The notes under the pieces are model-generated. The model worked only from the letters and a program-made list of their open reading frames with translations. It searched no databases and was not told the origin of the DNA. Positions 1 to 9,332 of a stretch of 64,000 nt of DNA are shown here, piece by piece. The number at the start of each line of letters is the position of its first letter. Position 1 is the stretch's first letter. Both the position numbers and the translations under genes were made by a program. The DNA is from an uncultured Actinomycetes bacterium (lineage in GTDB: Bacteria; Actinomycetota; Acidimicrobiia; Acidimicrobiales; JACCXE01): assembly GCA_963769985.1 (NCBI GenBank), contig CAVYNR010000005.1, positions 313,133 through 377,132 on the forward strand, read 5' to 3'.

Positions 1-357
1 GAGAAAGGGCCGGGAGCAGATTGGCGAAACGGTTTGCCAGTCGTAATGGGAGCGGCGACCGCCCGCTTGGAACCAGTACATGTCCGTGCCGGCCGATGCA
101 ACTGCGGCACCGCCGTCGATGAGTTCCTGATCAATGCCGGGAAACCAGTCGCTAATGCGTTGGCGGCCGGCGTGGAGTAGCGCGTGGGCGTGTCGGCCTT
201 GCGGAACGCCCCTGCGCCCGTCGCCGGTGTTTTCCAGCTCGTCGCGTTCGAGCACCACAACCGACTCGAACCGGTCGGACAACACTCGAGCGGCGAACAG
301 TCCAGCGAGACTGCCGCCGATGACGACGGCCTGGCCGGGGTACTTGCGCGGTGTCAT
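1..357 (-). CDS. FAD-dependent oxidoreductase/monooxygenase, N-terminal part only (3' end lies beyond the window edge)
   Basis: Own reverse translation from ATG at 357 gives MTPRKYPGQAVVIGGSLAGLFAARVLSDRFESVVVLERDE..., a Rossmann GxGxxG dinucleotide-binding start. GGAGG lies 5 nt upstream. It is absent from the ORF track because it runs off the edge. Confidence 0.7.
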   Translation of the reverse strand, partial: MTPRKYPGQAVVIGGSLAGLFAARVLSDRFESVVVLERDELENTGDGRRGVPQGRHAHALLHAGRQRISDWFPGIDQELIDGGAAVASAGTDMYWFQAGGRRSHYDWQTVSPICSRPFL

Positions 358-417
358 GGGCCCCTCCACCTCTGAGTTACCCGGAGGGTACGACGATCGG
401 CTCGTCGCGTGAAGCCC

Positions 418-1024
418 TTAGACGATGGCGGGCGCGCCTCGAAGGCCGCCGAGGCAGAAATCCACCGCCGCGTCGGACACGGTTCGGGGATCGTCGCCGC
501 CTTGCAACACGAACGTGCGGGCGAGGTGGTTGGTGACGCCAAGGATGGCGTGGCTGATGACGACGGGATCCCCGTCGGCCAGAGACCCGTCGGCGATGCC
601 GTCTTTCACGTGCTTGACCAAGTCGGCCACGGCTACCTCTCGGCCGCGCTTGAGGTGCGGGGAGAACCGTTCCTCGGTGGCGGCGAACTGGATGAGCGTG
701 ACGTACTGGCGGTTGGCGGCCAGCCATTCGATCGACCGGCGGATACCGGCCTCGATGCGGGCGAGGGGGGTGTCCAGTCCCTCGATGGCGTCGCGTTGGG
801 CGCGGCGCAAGTCGAGTTGGCCGTCACGCAGGATGTCGAGCAGCAACTCCTCCTTGGAGGAGAAGTACCAGTAGAAGACGCCCTTGCCGACTTGCAGTCC
901 GTCGACGATGTCGGCCACCGATGTGGGGTGGTAGCCGCCGTCGGCGAAGCGCGCGCGCCGCGTACTCCATCAGTTGATGGCGACGGTCGCGGCCCCGCTG
1001 CGTCAGCTTCCTGCTGTCGGTCAT
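418..1024 (-). pseudogene. TetR/AcrR family transcriptional regulator, frame broken once as sequenced
   Basis: ORF 418..918 reads ...ADIVDGLQVGKGVFYWYFSSKEELL (TetR HTH). The N-terminus MTDSRKLTQRGRDRRHQLMEYAAR is in another frame (ORF 824..1063). The junction falls in a (CG)n run at about 948-962. Confidence 0.85.
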
Positions 1025-1046
1025 GTTGCGGAGGAACGTAGGCAAA

Positions 1047-1064
1047 CTTGACCGATCGGTCAAG
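1047..1064. promoter_or_regulatory. Perfect 18-bp palindrome CTTGACCGATCGGTCAAG, a candidate TetR operator in the divergent TetR/plsC intergenic region
   Basis: Read directly from the sequence. It lies 23 bp upstream of the TetR start. A TTGACA (1086-1091), 16-nt spacer, TAACCT candidate promoter for plsC lies nearby. Confidence 0.6.
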
Positions 1065-1121
1065 AAAGGTCGAGAGGCGCGCTGGTTGACAGGGGGGCGT
1101 TAGGTCGTAACCTGCGGCGCC

Positions 1122-1837
1122 GTGGCCTATTGGATCGTGAAAGCAATTCTGTCGCCGATCCTTCGTCTGCTGTTCAAGGTCAACGTCGAAGGCCTGGAGA
1201 ACGTCCCCAAGGACGGGCCGATCATCATGGCGTCGAACCACGTGTCGTTTTCCGACTCGATCTTCCTGCCTCTCGTACTCAAGCGGCGCATCACTTTCGT
1301 CGCCAAGGCCGAGTACTTCGACAACCGGAAGACCGCCTGGTTCTTCCGGGCGATCGGCCAGATCCCGATCCGGCGCGAGGGCGGCTCGGCCAGTCAACGA
1401 GCGCTCGACTCGGCCGGCGACGTGCTCGGAGCCGGCGGCGTGTTCGGCATCTATCCCGAGGGCACCCGGTCACCCGACGGAAGGCTCTATAAGGGTCACA
1501 CCGGTATTGCCCGCCTGGCGTTGCAGACCAAAGCGCCGATCGTGCCCGTCGCCATGATCGGCACGCGTGAGGCGCAGCCGATCGGACAGGTCAAGCCGAA
1601 CTTCTTCTCACGATCACCGTGCTCATTCGGCAAGCCACTCACCTATGAACACCTCGCGGTGCGCAGGCCGACGATCGTCAGGTGCTGCGTTCGATCACCG
1701 ACGAGGTGATGTACGAGCTGCGCGAGCTATCGGGCCAGGAGTACGTGAACCAGTACGCCAAGCGCAAGGACACCGACGACGACATGGCCGCGGAGGTCGC
1801 GAAGGTCGGCAACCCCAGCTTCTCAATGTCGGCGTAA
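1122..1837 (+). pseudogene. plsC: 1-acyl-sn-glycerol-3-phosphate acyltransferase (PlsC family), frameshifted near 1650-1665
   Basis: Carries the NHVSFSDS (HX4D) and YPEGTRS acyltransferase motifs. The C-terminus ...DDRQVLRSITDEVMYELRELSGQEYVNQYAKRK...SMSA continues in another frame to TAA at 1835-1837. Confidence 0.85.
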
Positions 1838-1871
1838 CACTCGCGTCATATCGCACGGGTACGGTCCCTCT

Positions 1872-2509
1872 GTGGCCGCTCTTTTCGTCGTGCGCGTCTG
1901 GCTGCCCGACCGTCCCGGTGCGCTCGGCGCGGTCGGCGTCGCGCATCGGCGCCGTGCGGGGCGACCTCGTAGGCATCGACATTCTCGAGACCGGCGCCGG
2001 GCGCGCCATCGACGAATTCGTCGTCTCGTTGCCCGACGATGATCTCGTGCCGCTGCTGGTCAAGGAGATGCAGCAAGTTGACGGCGTCGACGTCGAAGAC
2101 GTGCGCCCTGTCGAAGGCGAATTGCCCGACGCCCGCGTCGCCGCGCTCGAGTCGGCGGCCGACGCTGCTCGCCCAACCCGACAACGCGTCGGTCTGCGCC
2201 GCGCTGGTCGACCACGTAGTCCGCGACTTCGAAGCCGAGTGGGCCGCCATCGTTCCGCACGCGGGCGACGGCACGCCCGGTGCCACGAGCGGCGACGCAC
2301 CCAGTCCAGACTGGCTGGCGGCGTTCCTGGCCGGCTCTGGTGGGACTGGGGTGGGCGACAAGGGCCCCGACGACGTGGCCTGGGCGGCGCTGAGCGACGA
2401 CGGGGCCGCGCTCGTGATCGGGCGCGTCGGCCGGCCGTTCCGCGCCCGTGAGCGCCGGCAGCTCAGCGCATTGGCGCGCATCGTCGGTTGGCGCCTGGCG
2501 GTCCCCATA
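1872..2509 (+). pseudogene. ACT-domain (small-molecule-binding) protein, several frameshifts
   Basis: [15 protein letters not shown], then [30 protein letters not shown], then ...[23 protein letters not shown] lie in different frames. A single extra g is visible in gcggtcGgcgtcgcg. The start and end are approximate; TAA at 2507-2509 is reached after a shift. Confidence 0.6.
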
Positions 2510-2512
2510 ACC

Positions 2513-2562
2513 GACTTTCTGCGGATCCCGCCCCACCAGCGATGGGGAATCCGCAGAAAGTC
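2513..2562. terminator. Stem-loop between convergent genes (14-bp perfect stem GACTTTCTGCGGAT / ATCCGCAGAAAGTC)
   Basis: The inverted repeat sits at 2513-2526 and 2549-2562, between the inferred stops of the ACT gene (2509) and glpK (2567). Confidence 0.7.
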
Positions 2563-2566
2563 CGGG

Positions 2567-4063
2567 TTAATCGGCGGGTTCGGTGGCCCAGCTCGCGCGA
2601 CCGCGACACGGCGTTGTGCCATTGGTCGAGGCGCACGTCTGCCAGTTCCTTCGGCACCTGCGGGTTGAACGCGGCGTCGAGCTTCCACTGCGACGCGATC
2701 TCGTCGCTCGACGACCACACACCTTCGGCCAGACCGGCGAGATAGGCGGCGCCGAGCGCGGTCGTCTCGGTGACGACGGGCCGCGACACCTCGACCTGCA
2801 ACTGGTCGGCCTGCATCTGACACATCAGGTCCATGACCGACGCGCCGCCGTCGACGCGCAACGCCACCACGTCGCGGCCGCTCGCCGCGCACATCGCGTC
2901 GACGACGTCGCGCGTCGACAACACCATCGACTCGACCACCGCGCGCGCGATGTGCGCGCGCGTGGTGCCACGGGTGATGCCGACGATCGCGCCGCGTGCG
3001 TACGGATCCCACCACGGGCTGCCGAGGCCGGTGAAGGCGGGGACGACGAACACGCCGTCGGTGTCGTCGACCGTTGCCGCCAGCGGACCGATCTCGGCCG
3101 GCTCCTTGATCATGCCCAGGCCGTCGCGCAGCCACTGGATCGCCGCGCCGGTCACGAAGATCGCGCCCTCGAGCGTGTACGCGACGGTGCCGTCGGACAA
3201 CTCCCAGGCGACGGTGGTGAGCAAACCGTCGACGGGCGACGGCATTGTCGGGACCGACGTTCATCAACACGAACGACCCGGTGCCGTACGTGTTCTTCGT
3301 CATACCGGGCGTGAAGCACGCCTGGCCGAACAGCGCCGCTTGCTGGTCGCCGGCGATGCCGCTTACGGGGATGCCGGCTTGAGCGTTGCCGTCGACGGTC
3401 ACGCCGAAGCGTCCCGATGACGGACGGATCTCCGGCAGCGGTCGAACGCGTCGCCCACGCCGAAGATCGTCGGCCAACTCGGCGTCCCACTCGCGCGTGA
3501 CCGATGTCACAGAGCAAGGTGCGCGACGCGTTCGTCACGTCGGTCGCGTGCACGCCGCCGGTGAGGTGCCACAACAACCAACGTGTCGATGGTGCCGACT
3601 GCGAGATCCGTCGGTCGTCGGCGACGCCGCCCTCGCGAAGTAGCCAACCCAACTTGGTGGCGCTGAAGTACGGGTCGAGCACAAGGCCGGTCTTGGCGCG
3701 CACCGTCGGCTTCGACGCCCGACGCCTTCAGCGCGTCGCATGCCTCCGCGGTGCGCCGGTCCTGCCACACCAGCGCGCGGTGCGAGCGGCTTTCCCGTCG
3801 ACACGCGACCAGGCCACGAGCGTCTCGCGTTGGTTGGTGATGCCGATTGCGGCGATCGGCGCGCCGTCGAGTCGGCCGACGACTTCGGCGAGGGTCGTGC
3901 GGACCGCCGCGAGGATGTCATCGGCGTCGTGCTCGACCCAGCCGGGCTGGGGGAAGTGCTGCGGGAATTCCCGGTAGGCGACGTCGACGGGCAGGCCGGT
4001 CTCGTCGATTACGAAGGCGCGCACACCGGTGGTGCCGGCGTCGATCGAAAGTACGTATCCCAT
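2567..4063 (-). pseudogene. glpK: Glycerol kinase, multiple frameshifts as sequenced
   Basis: N-terminus is MGYVLSIDAGTTGVRAFVIDETG...PGWVEHD...AIGITNQRETLVAW (3728..4063). Further pieces are [72 protein letters not shown] and a C-terminal 260 aa (2463..3245), each in a different frame. Confidence 0.9.
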
Positions 4064-4234
4064 CGCCCGGGCGACGGTAGTGGGTGTGGTACTAGCGGAC
4101 GCTTGTGCGCAACGTCACAAGTGCAAATCTTCGCGAACGCCCTCTGACCTGCGGTTTCGCGGAGCTGGTTTCGTTGACACGGGTGTAATTACGGTGTTGT
4201 ATTTCCACCTCATCTCGCGGTCCGGGGGGATCTT

Positions 4235-4254
4235 CACCACAAGATATTGTGGTG
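4235..4254. promoter_or_regulatory. NrdR-box-like palindrome CACCACAAGATATTGTGGTG upstream of nrdJ
   Basis: 8-bp arms CACCACAA / TTGTGGTG. The core CCACAAGATATTGTGG resembles the acaCwAtATaTwGtgt NrdR consensus. It lies 59 bp upstream of the nrdJ ATG. A TTGACA at 4174-4179 could be the -35 element. Confidence 0.6.
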
Positions 4255-4312
4255 TCCCCTCCAAACCGCCCGAATAGCCGTTTCGTCAACTACAGGGGAG
4301 AAGCACACCAGG

Positions 4313-7212
4313 ATGGCAATCGCACCGGAGCAGCTCGGCATCGGCATCCGCCGCCAATTCACGACCGCCGGCGTGCACCCGTACGACATGGTCACGTGGG
4401 AACGACGAGACGCGCGCATCTACGAACTGGAAGACCGGCGAGGTCGCCTTCGAGCAGCTCGGTGTCGAAGTCCCGTCCACGTGGGCGGTCAACGCCACGA
4501 ACATCCTTTCCCAGAAGTACTTCCGCGGCACCCTCGGCACCCCCGAGCGCGAGTGGTCGCTCAAGCAGGTGGTCGACCGCATCGTCGACACGATCACTCG
4601 CGTGGGGCGAACAAGGACGGCTACTTCACCGACGACGAAGAGGCCGCCGCGTTCTCCGACGAACTCAAGTACCTGCTCATCACTCAGACGGCGGCGTTCA
4701 ACTCGCCGGTGTGGTTCAACATCGGCGTGCCGGGCGTGCCGCAGCAGGGCTCAGCGTGCTTCATCCTCGCCGTCGACGACCAGATGCGGCTCGATCCTCA
4801 ACTGGTACACGGAAGAAGGAATCATCTTCAAGGGCGGCTCCGGCGCCGGCCTCAACATCTCGAAGATCCGTTCGTCGCGCGAGCTGCTCCAGGGCGGCGG
4901 CACCGCGTCGGGCCCGGTCAGCTTCATGCGCGGCGCCGACGCGTCGGCCGGCACGATCAAGTCGGGCGGCAAGACGCGGCGCGCCGCGAAGATGGTCATC
5001 CTCGACGTCGACCATCCCGACATCCAGGACTTCATCTGGTGCAAGTCGATCGAGGAGAAGAAGGCGCGCGTCCTGCGCGACAACGGCTTCGACATGGATC
5101 TCGACGGCAAGGACAGCCACTCGATCCAGTACCAGAACGCCAACAACTCGGTGCGCGTCACCGACGAGTTCATGCAGGCCGTGGTCGACGGGACCGACTG
5201 GGAACTGAAGGCGGTCACCGACGGTTCGGTCATCGAGACGATCCCGGCCCGCGACCTGTTCCGTCAGATCAGCCAGGCCGCGTGGGAGTGCGCCGATCCC
5301 GGCATGCAGTTCGACACCACGATCAACAAGTGGCACACCGCGCGCGACGACCGGTCGCATCAACGGCTCCAACCCGTGCTCGGAGTACATGCACCTCGAC
5401 AACTCGGCGTGCAACCTCGCGTCGCTCAACCTGATGACGTTCCTCGACGACGCAAGACATGTTCGACGTCGAGGGCTTCAAGGCCGCGACGTCCACCGTG
5501 TTCACCGCGCAGGAGATCATCGTCGGCAACGGCGACTACCCGACGGCGAAGATCGCCAAGACGACGCGTCGGTTCCGTCAGCTCGGCATCGGCTACGCCA
5601 ACCTCGGCGCGCTGCTGATGGCGCAGGGCCTCGCGTACGACTGCGACGGCGGACGGGCGTGGGCCGGCGCGATCACCGCGCTGCTCACCGGTCAGTCCTA
5701 TGCCACTTCGGCGCGCACCGCGGCCCGCATGGGCCCGTTCGCCGGCTTCCAGGAGAACCGCGTGCACATGCTGCAAGCGTGCTCGGCATGCACCGCGACG
5801 CCGTCAACGAGATCGACGAAGAGCTCGTGCCGGTCGAGATCCTCTCGACGCCGCGCGATCAGGCGTGGGACGAGGCGTGCAAGCTCGGCGAGGTGCACGG
5901 CGTGCGCAACGCGCAGGCGTCGGTGCTCGCGCCGACCGGCACGATCGGTCTGCTGATGGACTGCGACACCACCGGCATCGAGCCCGACCTCGGCCTCGTG
6001 AAGATGAAGAAGCTGGTGGGCGGCGGCACGATGTCGATCGTCAACCAGACGGTGCCGCGGGCGCTGACCAAGCTCGGCTACAGCCGACGAGCAGATCGAC
6101 GGAGATCCAGGCTTACATCGACGAGCACAAGTCGATCCTCGGCGCGCCGCACCTGTCGCCGTCGCACTACGACGTGTTCGCCTGCTCGATGGGTGACAAC
6201 ACGATCCACTACCGCGGCCACATCAAGATGATGGCGGCGGCGCAGCCGTTCCTGTCCGGCGCCATCTCCAAGACGGTCAACATGCCCGAAGAGGTCACCG
6301 TCGAGGATGTCGAAGCAGCTGCACATCGAGTCGTGGAAGCTCGGCCTCAAGGCCGTCGCCATCTACCGCGACAACTGCAAGGTCGCCCAGCCCCTCGCCA
6401 CGGCCAAGAAGGGCGACGCCGCGGCGAAGCCGCCGCCGGCGCTGGTGGAGGCACCAATGTCGACGGCGCGCCGTCTGACGCCGCGCTGGCCGCGAAGGTC
6501 GCCGAGCTCGAAGCAGGAGATCGAGCGCCACACGGTGTTCGTCAAGCAGCCGGTGCGCGAGCGCCTGCCAAACAAGCGTCGGTCCACCACCACCAAGTTC
6601 CGTGTGGCCGACTGCGAGGGCTACTTCACCGTCGGCGAGTACGACGACGGTCGCCCCGGCGAAGTGTTCATCTCGGTGTCGAAGCAGGGCTCGACGCTGA
6701 GCGGTCTCATGGACGCCTTCGCGGTGTCGATCTCGCTTGGCCTGCAGCACGGCGTGCCGCTGTCGACGTACGTGAAGAAGTACGCGAACTCGCGGTTCGA
6801 GCCCAGCGGCATGACCGAGGATCCGGAGCTGCGTATCGCGACGTCGCTGATGGACTACATCTTCCGGCGTATCGCGGTGGACTACATGTCGCTCGACGAG
6901 CGCACCGAGTTGGGCATCCTCACCCAGCAGGAGCGCATCCAGCCGACGTTGCCGGGGGTGGAAGAGGCGGCGGTCGAAAACCACGGTTCGGACGCGGTTG
7001 GCCAGGTAACGCTCGATCTCGATCGTGGCACGTCGTCGCGTGGCGCCGGTCGAGCCGGCCGCCCCGGCTGAGCCCGCGAGCCGCCGAAGATGGCGGCGCC
7101 CAAGAAGAACGAAGTGATCGCGCCGCTGTGTTACTCGTGCGGCAACGAGATGCAGCGCGCCGGCTCGTGCTACGTGTGCGGGTCCTGCGGTTCAACTTCG
7201 GGCTGCAGCTAG
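4313..7212 (+). pseudogene. nrdJ: Class II (adenosylcobalamin-dependent) ribonucleotide reductase, at least nine frame switches as sequenced
   Basis: Conserved blocks are spread over all three + frames: NILSQKYFRG, AAFNSPVWFNIG...SACFIL, IIFKGGSGAGLNISKIRSS, SGPVSFM...IKSGGKTRRAAKM, NPCSEYMHLDNSACNLASLNL, QLGIGYANLGALLM, APTGTIGLLMDCDTTGIEPD, AISKTVNMPEE, WKLGLKAVAIYRD, and a C-terminal zinc ribbon CYSCGNEMQRAGSCYVCGSCGSTSGCS. Confidence 0.9.
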
Positions 7213-7251
7213 AACCTGCCTGCAGCGAGTAGGAGGCGGCCTCCGCAAATG

Positions 7252-7287
7252 CAACGAGCCGCCGACCCGAAGGCCGGCGGCTCGTTG
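7252..7287. terminator. Bidirectional stem-loop (13-bp perfect stem CAACGAGCCGCCG / CGGCGGCTCGTTG)
   Basis: Lies between the nrdJ stop (7212) and the cspA stop (7305). Confidence 0.75.
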
Positions 7288-7304
7288 GAGTTAGTTACGA
7301 AAGA

Positions 7305-7505
7305 TCAGATAACGCGGACGTTCTGCGCTTCTTCACCCTTCTTGCCGGGGGCGACGTCGAATTCGACGGCCTGACCATCAGCAAGCGACTTGTAGCCGTC
7401 CGACTGAATGTTCGAATAGTGGACGAATACGTCGTCGCCGTCTTCGCGGGAGATGAAGCCGAAGCCCTTGTCCGCATTGAAAAACTTCACAGTTCCAGTA
7501 GCCAT
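7305..7505 (-). CDS. cspA: Cold-shock protein (CspA family)
   Basis: [33 protein letters not shown]... carries the RNP1/RNP2 motifs. Confidence 0.95.
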   Translation of the reverse strand: MATGTVKFFNADKGFGFISREDGDDVFVHYSNIQSDGYKSLADGQAVEFDVAPGKKGEEAQNVRVI

Positions 7506-7521
7506 TACTTGATTTCTCTTC

Positions 7522-8025
7522 TCAGTCCGGAAACCGTCCGTTTGACGGTTCCGTTGTCAGTCCATCCTCCCACACCATGTAGACGTCGGCGCGCACGTAC
7601 GGCGACGGTGGCGCCGGCCGGTGTTGGAATCCCGACGTTTCGTAGAGCCGGAGGGCAGCTTCGAGTTTCGAGTGTGACTCGAGAAATAAGAGATCCCCCG
7701 CTAGTTGCCGGTAGCGGTCGATGGCGGCGTCCATCAGAAAACGGCCGATCCCCTCGCCGCGGTTGCCGGGCTCGACGGCCATCTTGGTGAGTTCGTACAC
7801 GCGGTCACCGTGGTGCTTGAGGGCGACGGTTCCCACTGCACGGTCGTGGTCGTCGACCGCCATGAGGATCGCCCCGCCGCTTTTCAGGACGTTGGTGTCG
7901 GGATCGCCGAGGATCTCTTCGTCGGCCTTCTCGACGGTGAACCATCGTTCGATCCATTCGAGGTTCAGTCGCGCGAAGTCGTCGCGCCATTGCGGCCCGT
8001 ATTCGACGACGCGGACCGCGGCCAT
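7522..8025 (-). CDS. GNAT family N-acetyltransferase
   Basis: Acetyl-CoA binding-type segment ...[21 protein letters not shown]...; 167 aa; GGGAG RBS upstream. Confidence 0.8.
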   Translation of the reverse strand: MAAVRVVEYGPQWRDDFARLNLEWIERWFTVEKADEEILGDPDTNVLKSGGAILMAVDDHDRAVGTVALKHHGDRVYELTKMAVEPGNRGEGIGRFLMDAAIDRYRQLAGDLLFLESHSKLEAALRLYETSGFQHRPAPPSPYVRADVYMVWEDGLTTEPSNGRFPD

Positions 8026-8789
8026 CTCCCTATCGCTGTCCTAAGGCGGAAGTAGAAGAAGGTCGCGTCGTCGGTTGCGGGTGCCCAAGACCCATCTTTG
8101 ACGGCGTCGACGGTTAGGCCGGCGTTCTCGGCGAGCGCGCGGAAGCCAGCCACGGTGTACCAATGAATGATCCAGTCGCGTTCGACGTATTCGACGTCGT
8201 CGCCCGATCCGCGTTCGTAGCGAAGGGTCGAGGTCTGCATCCGGGCGTCCTCGTCGTAGGTGGCTGAGAGGGCGGCGAAGCGGATGACGCGACCGGCGGC
8301 GTCGTGGTCCTCCCGCCACACGCCGATGCGACGTCGGACGAAAGCGGGTCCGGGAATGAACAGCGGGACTAGCGCCATACCGCCCGGCTCGAGATGGGCA
8401 CGGATGCGTTCGAGAGACTGCACGGCGACGTCGTCGTCGGCAAGCAAGTTGAACGTTGGCCCGGCGAGGAAGATCGACTTGTAGGTGCGCCCAAGCTCCA
8501 TCGACTCCATGCGCTGTTCGTAAACCTCGACGTGGACGCCCATCGCCGCGGCGCGCGCCCGACACACGTCGAGCATGTCGGCGGAACTGTCGATGCCGTC
8601 CACGTCGAGACCGCGTTGGCGCAGGTCGAGAATCGGATCGCCGGTCCCGCATCCGAGTTCCAACGCGGGTTCGCCGTACTTCGTGATGAAGCGCGCGTAG
8701 GTCTCAGGATCCGGCACCGACCCGCGCAACGGGCCGTACAAAGAGGCGACGAGACCCGTATAGAACAGCGCCGGATCGGCGGAGGGCAC
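7965..8789 (-). CDS. Class I SAM-dependent methyltransferase
   Basis: Motif I is ALELGCGTGDPILDL. The GTG start overlaps the upstream stop (TAGTG). The 3' end overlaps the GNAT start by 61 nt as sequenced. Confidence 0.75.
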   Translation of the reverse strand: MPSADPALFYTGLVASLYGPLRGSVPDPETYARFITKYGEPALELGCGTGDPILDLRQRGLDVDGIDSSADMLDVCRARAAAMGVHVEVYEQRMESMELGRTYKSIFLAGPTFNLLADDDVAVQSLERIRAHLEPGGMALVPLFIPGPAFVRRRIGVWREDHDAAGRVIRFAALSATYDEDARMQTSTLRYERGSGDDVEYVERDWIIHWYTVAGFRALAENAGLTVDAVKDGSWAPATDDATFFYFRLRTAIGRWPRSASSNTGRNGATTSRD

Positions 8790-9268
8790 TACGAGTTGAT
8801 GACCACGACGGGCGGATCGGCCACGCCGTGCTGCGCTTGGCAGAACGCGTTGTAGATGCCGTAGATCGCATGCGCGTCGATCACGAGGTCGACATTGCCT
8901 TCGGCGTTGAGGTTGAGGTTGGCGCCGTAGATCGTGAACCACACGTCGGTCAGCTCGGTGTTGGTGTCGGGCACGTGCAGCGTGTGTACCGAACCGGCGG
9001 GCTCGTAGAGATAGGAGCCGGCCACGTTCACGAACTGCGGCGTCTCGAGGTAGTACCAGCTCCCGGTCTGCGTGAACGCGTAGACGTGGCCGGTGTGCTT
9101 GTGGGTTTGGATGGTCGCTCCGGGCGTGAACTTGGTGCGCACGATCCAAATGCCGGTAGTGAGATCCACCTGCAGGAGTTGCAGCAGCGACCCGTCGCCG
9201 AGATCCACGAACGGAAGGTCGCCTTCGTTGCGGAGGATGGTCTGCGGTGCGGCCTCGGTGATCGACAT
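8789..9268 (-). CDS. Cupin-fold protein, 2,4'-dihydroxyacetophenone dioxygenase-like family
   Basis: ...IWIVRTKFTPGATIQTHKHTGHVYAFTQTGSWYYLE... shows cupin His-rich motifs; 159 aa. Confidence 0.65.
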   Translation of the reverse strand: MSITEAAPQTILRNEGDLPFVDLGDGSLLQLLQVDLTTGIWIVRTKFTPGATIQTHKHTGHVYAFTQTGSWYYLETPQFVNVAGSYLYEPAGSVHTLHVPDTNTELTDVWFTIYGANLNLNAEGNVDLVIDAHAIYGIYNAFCQAQHGVADPPVVVINS

Positions 9269-9332
9269 GGGCCTACGGTAACGGGGCGCTGCGCCTCTAC
9301 GGGTAGTGGGCAGGGTGATGACGCAGTAGTCC

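Noticed and set aside
633-3510. Long ORFs antisense to or overlapping annotated genes (for example 633..1397 -, 1567..2451 +, 1846..3510 -). The same applies elsewhere: 15801..17453 +, 36686..38317 -, 48461..50623 +, 43155..44363 -, 23689..24858 -.
   Set aside because: Their translations are Arg/Ala/Pro/Gly-rich low-complexity strings, typical of shadow ORFs in GC-rich DNA. Each overlaps a gene with clear family motifs on the other strand or frame.
4194-4210. Second (upstream) NrdR box
   Set aside because: Only the GGTG...CACC ends are symmetric, and the core does not fit the consensus. It is kept as a remark inside the NrdR finding, not as a feature.
4064-4312. Cobalamin riboswitch upstream of nrdJ
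   Set aside because: B12 riboswitches normally precede B12-independent RNRs or transporters, not the B12-dependent NrdJ. I see no B12-box-like element, and the region is better explained by a promoter plus an NrdR box.
7069-7071. In-frame TGA in the nrdJ C-terminal linker as selenocysteine or programmed readthrough
   Set aside because: It lies in a variable linker. A neighbouring frame (VAPVEPAAPAEPA...) reads through, and the gene has many other indels. A double frameshift is the simpler explanation, and no SECIS-like hairpin was noted.
7506-7700. Long structured cspA 5' UTR (cold box)
   Set aside because: Only 16 nt separate cspA from the upstream GNAT stop, so any long leader would lie within GNAT coding sequence. 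I could not identify a cold-box motif with confidence.
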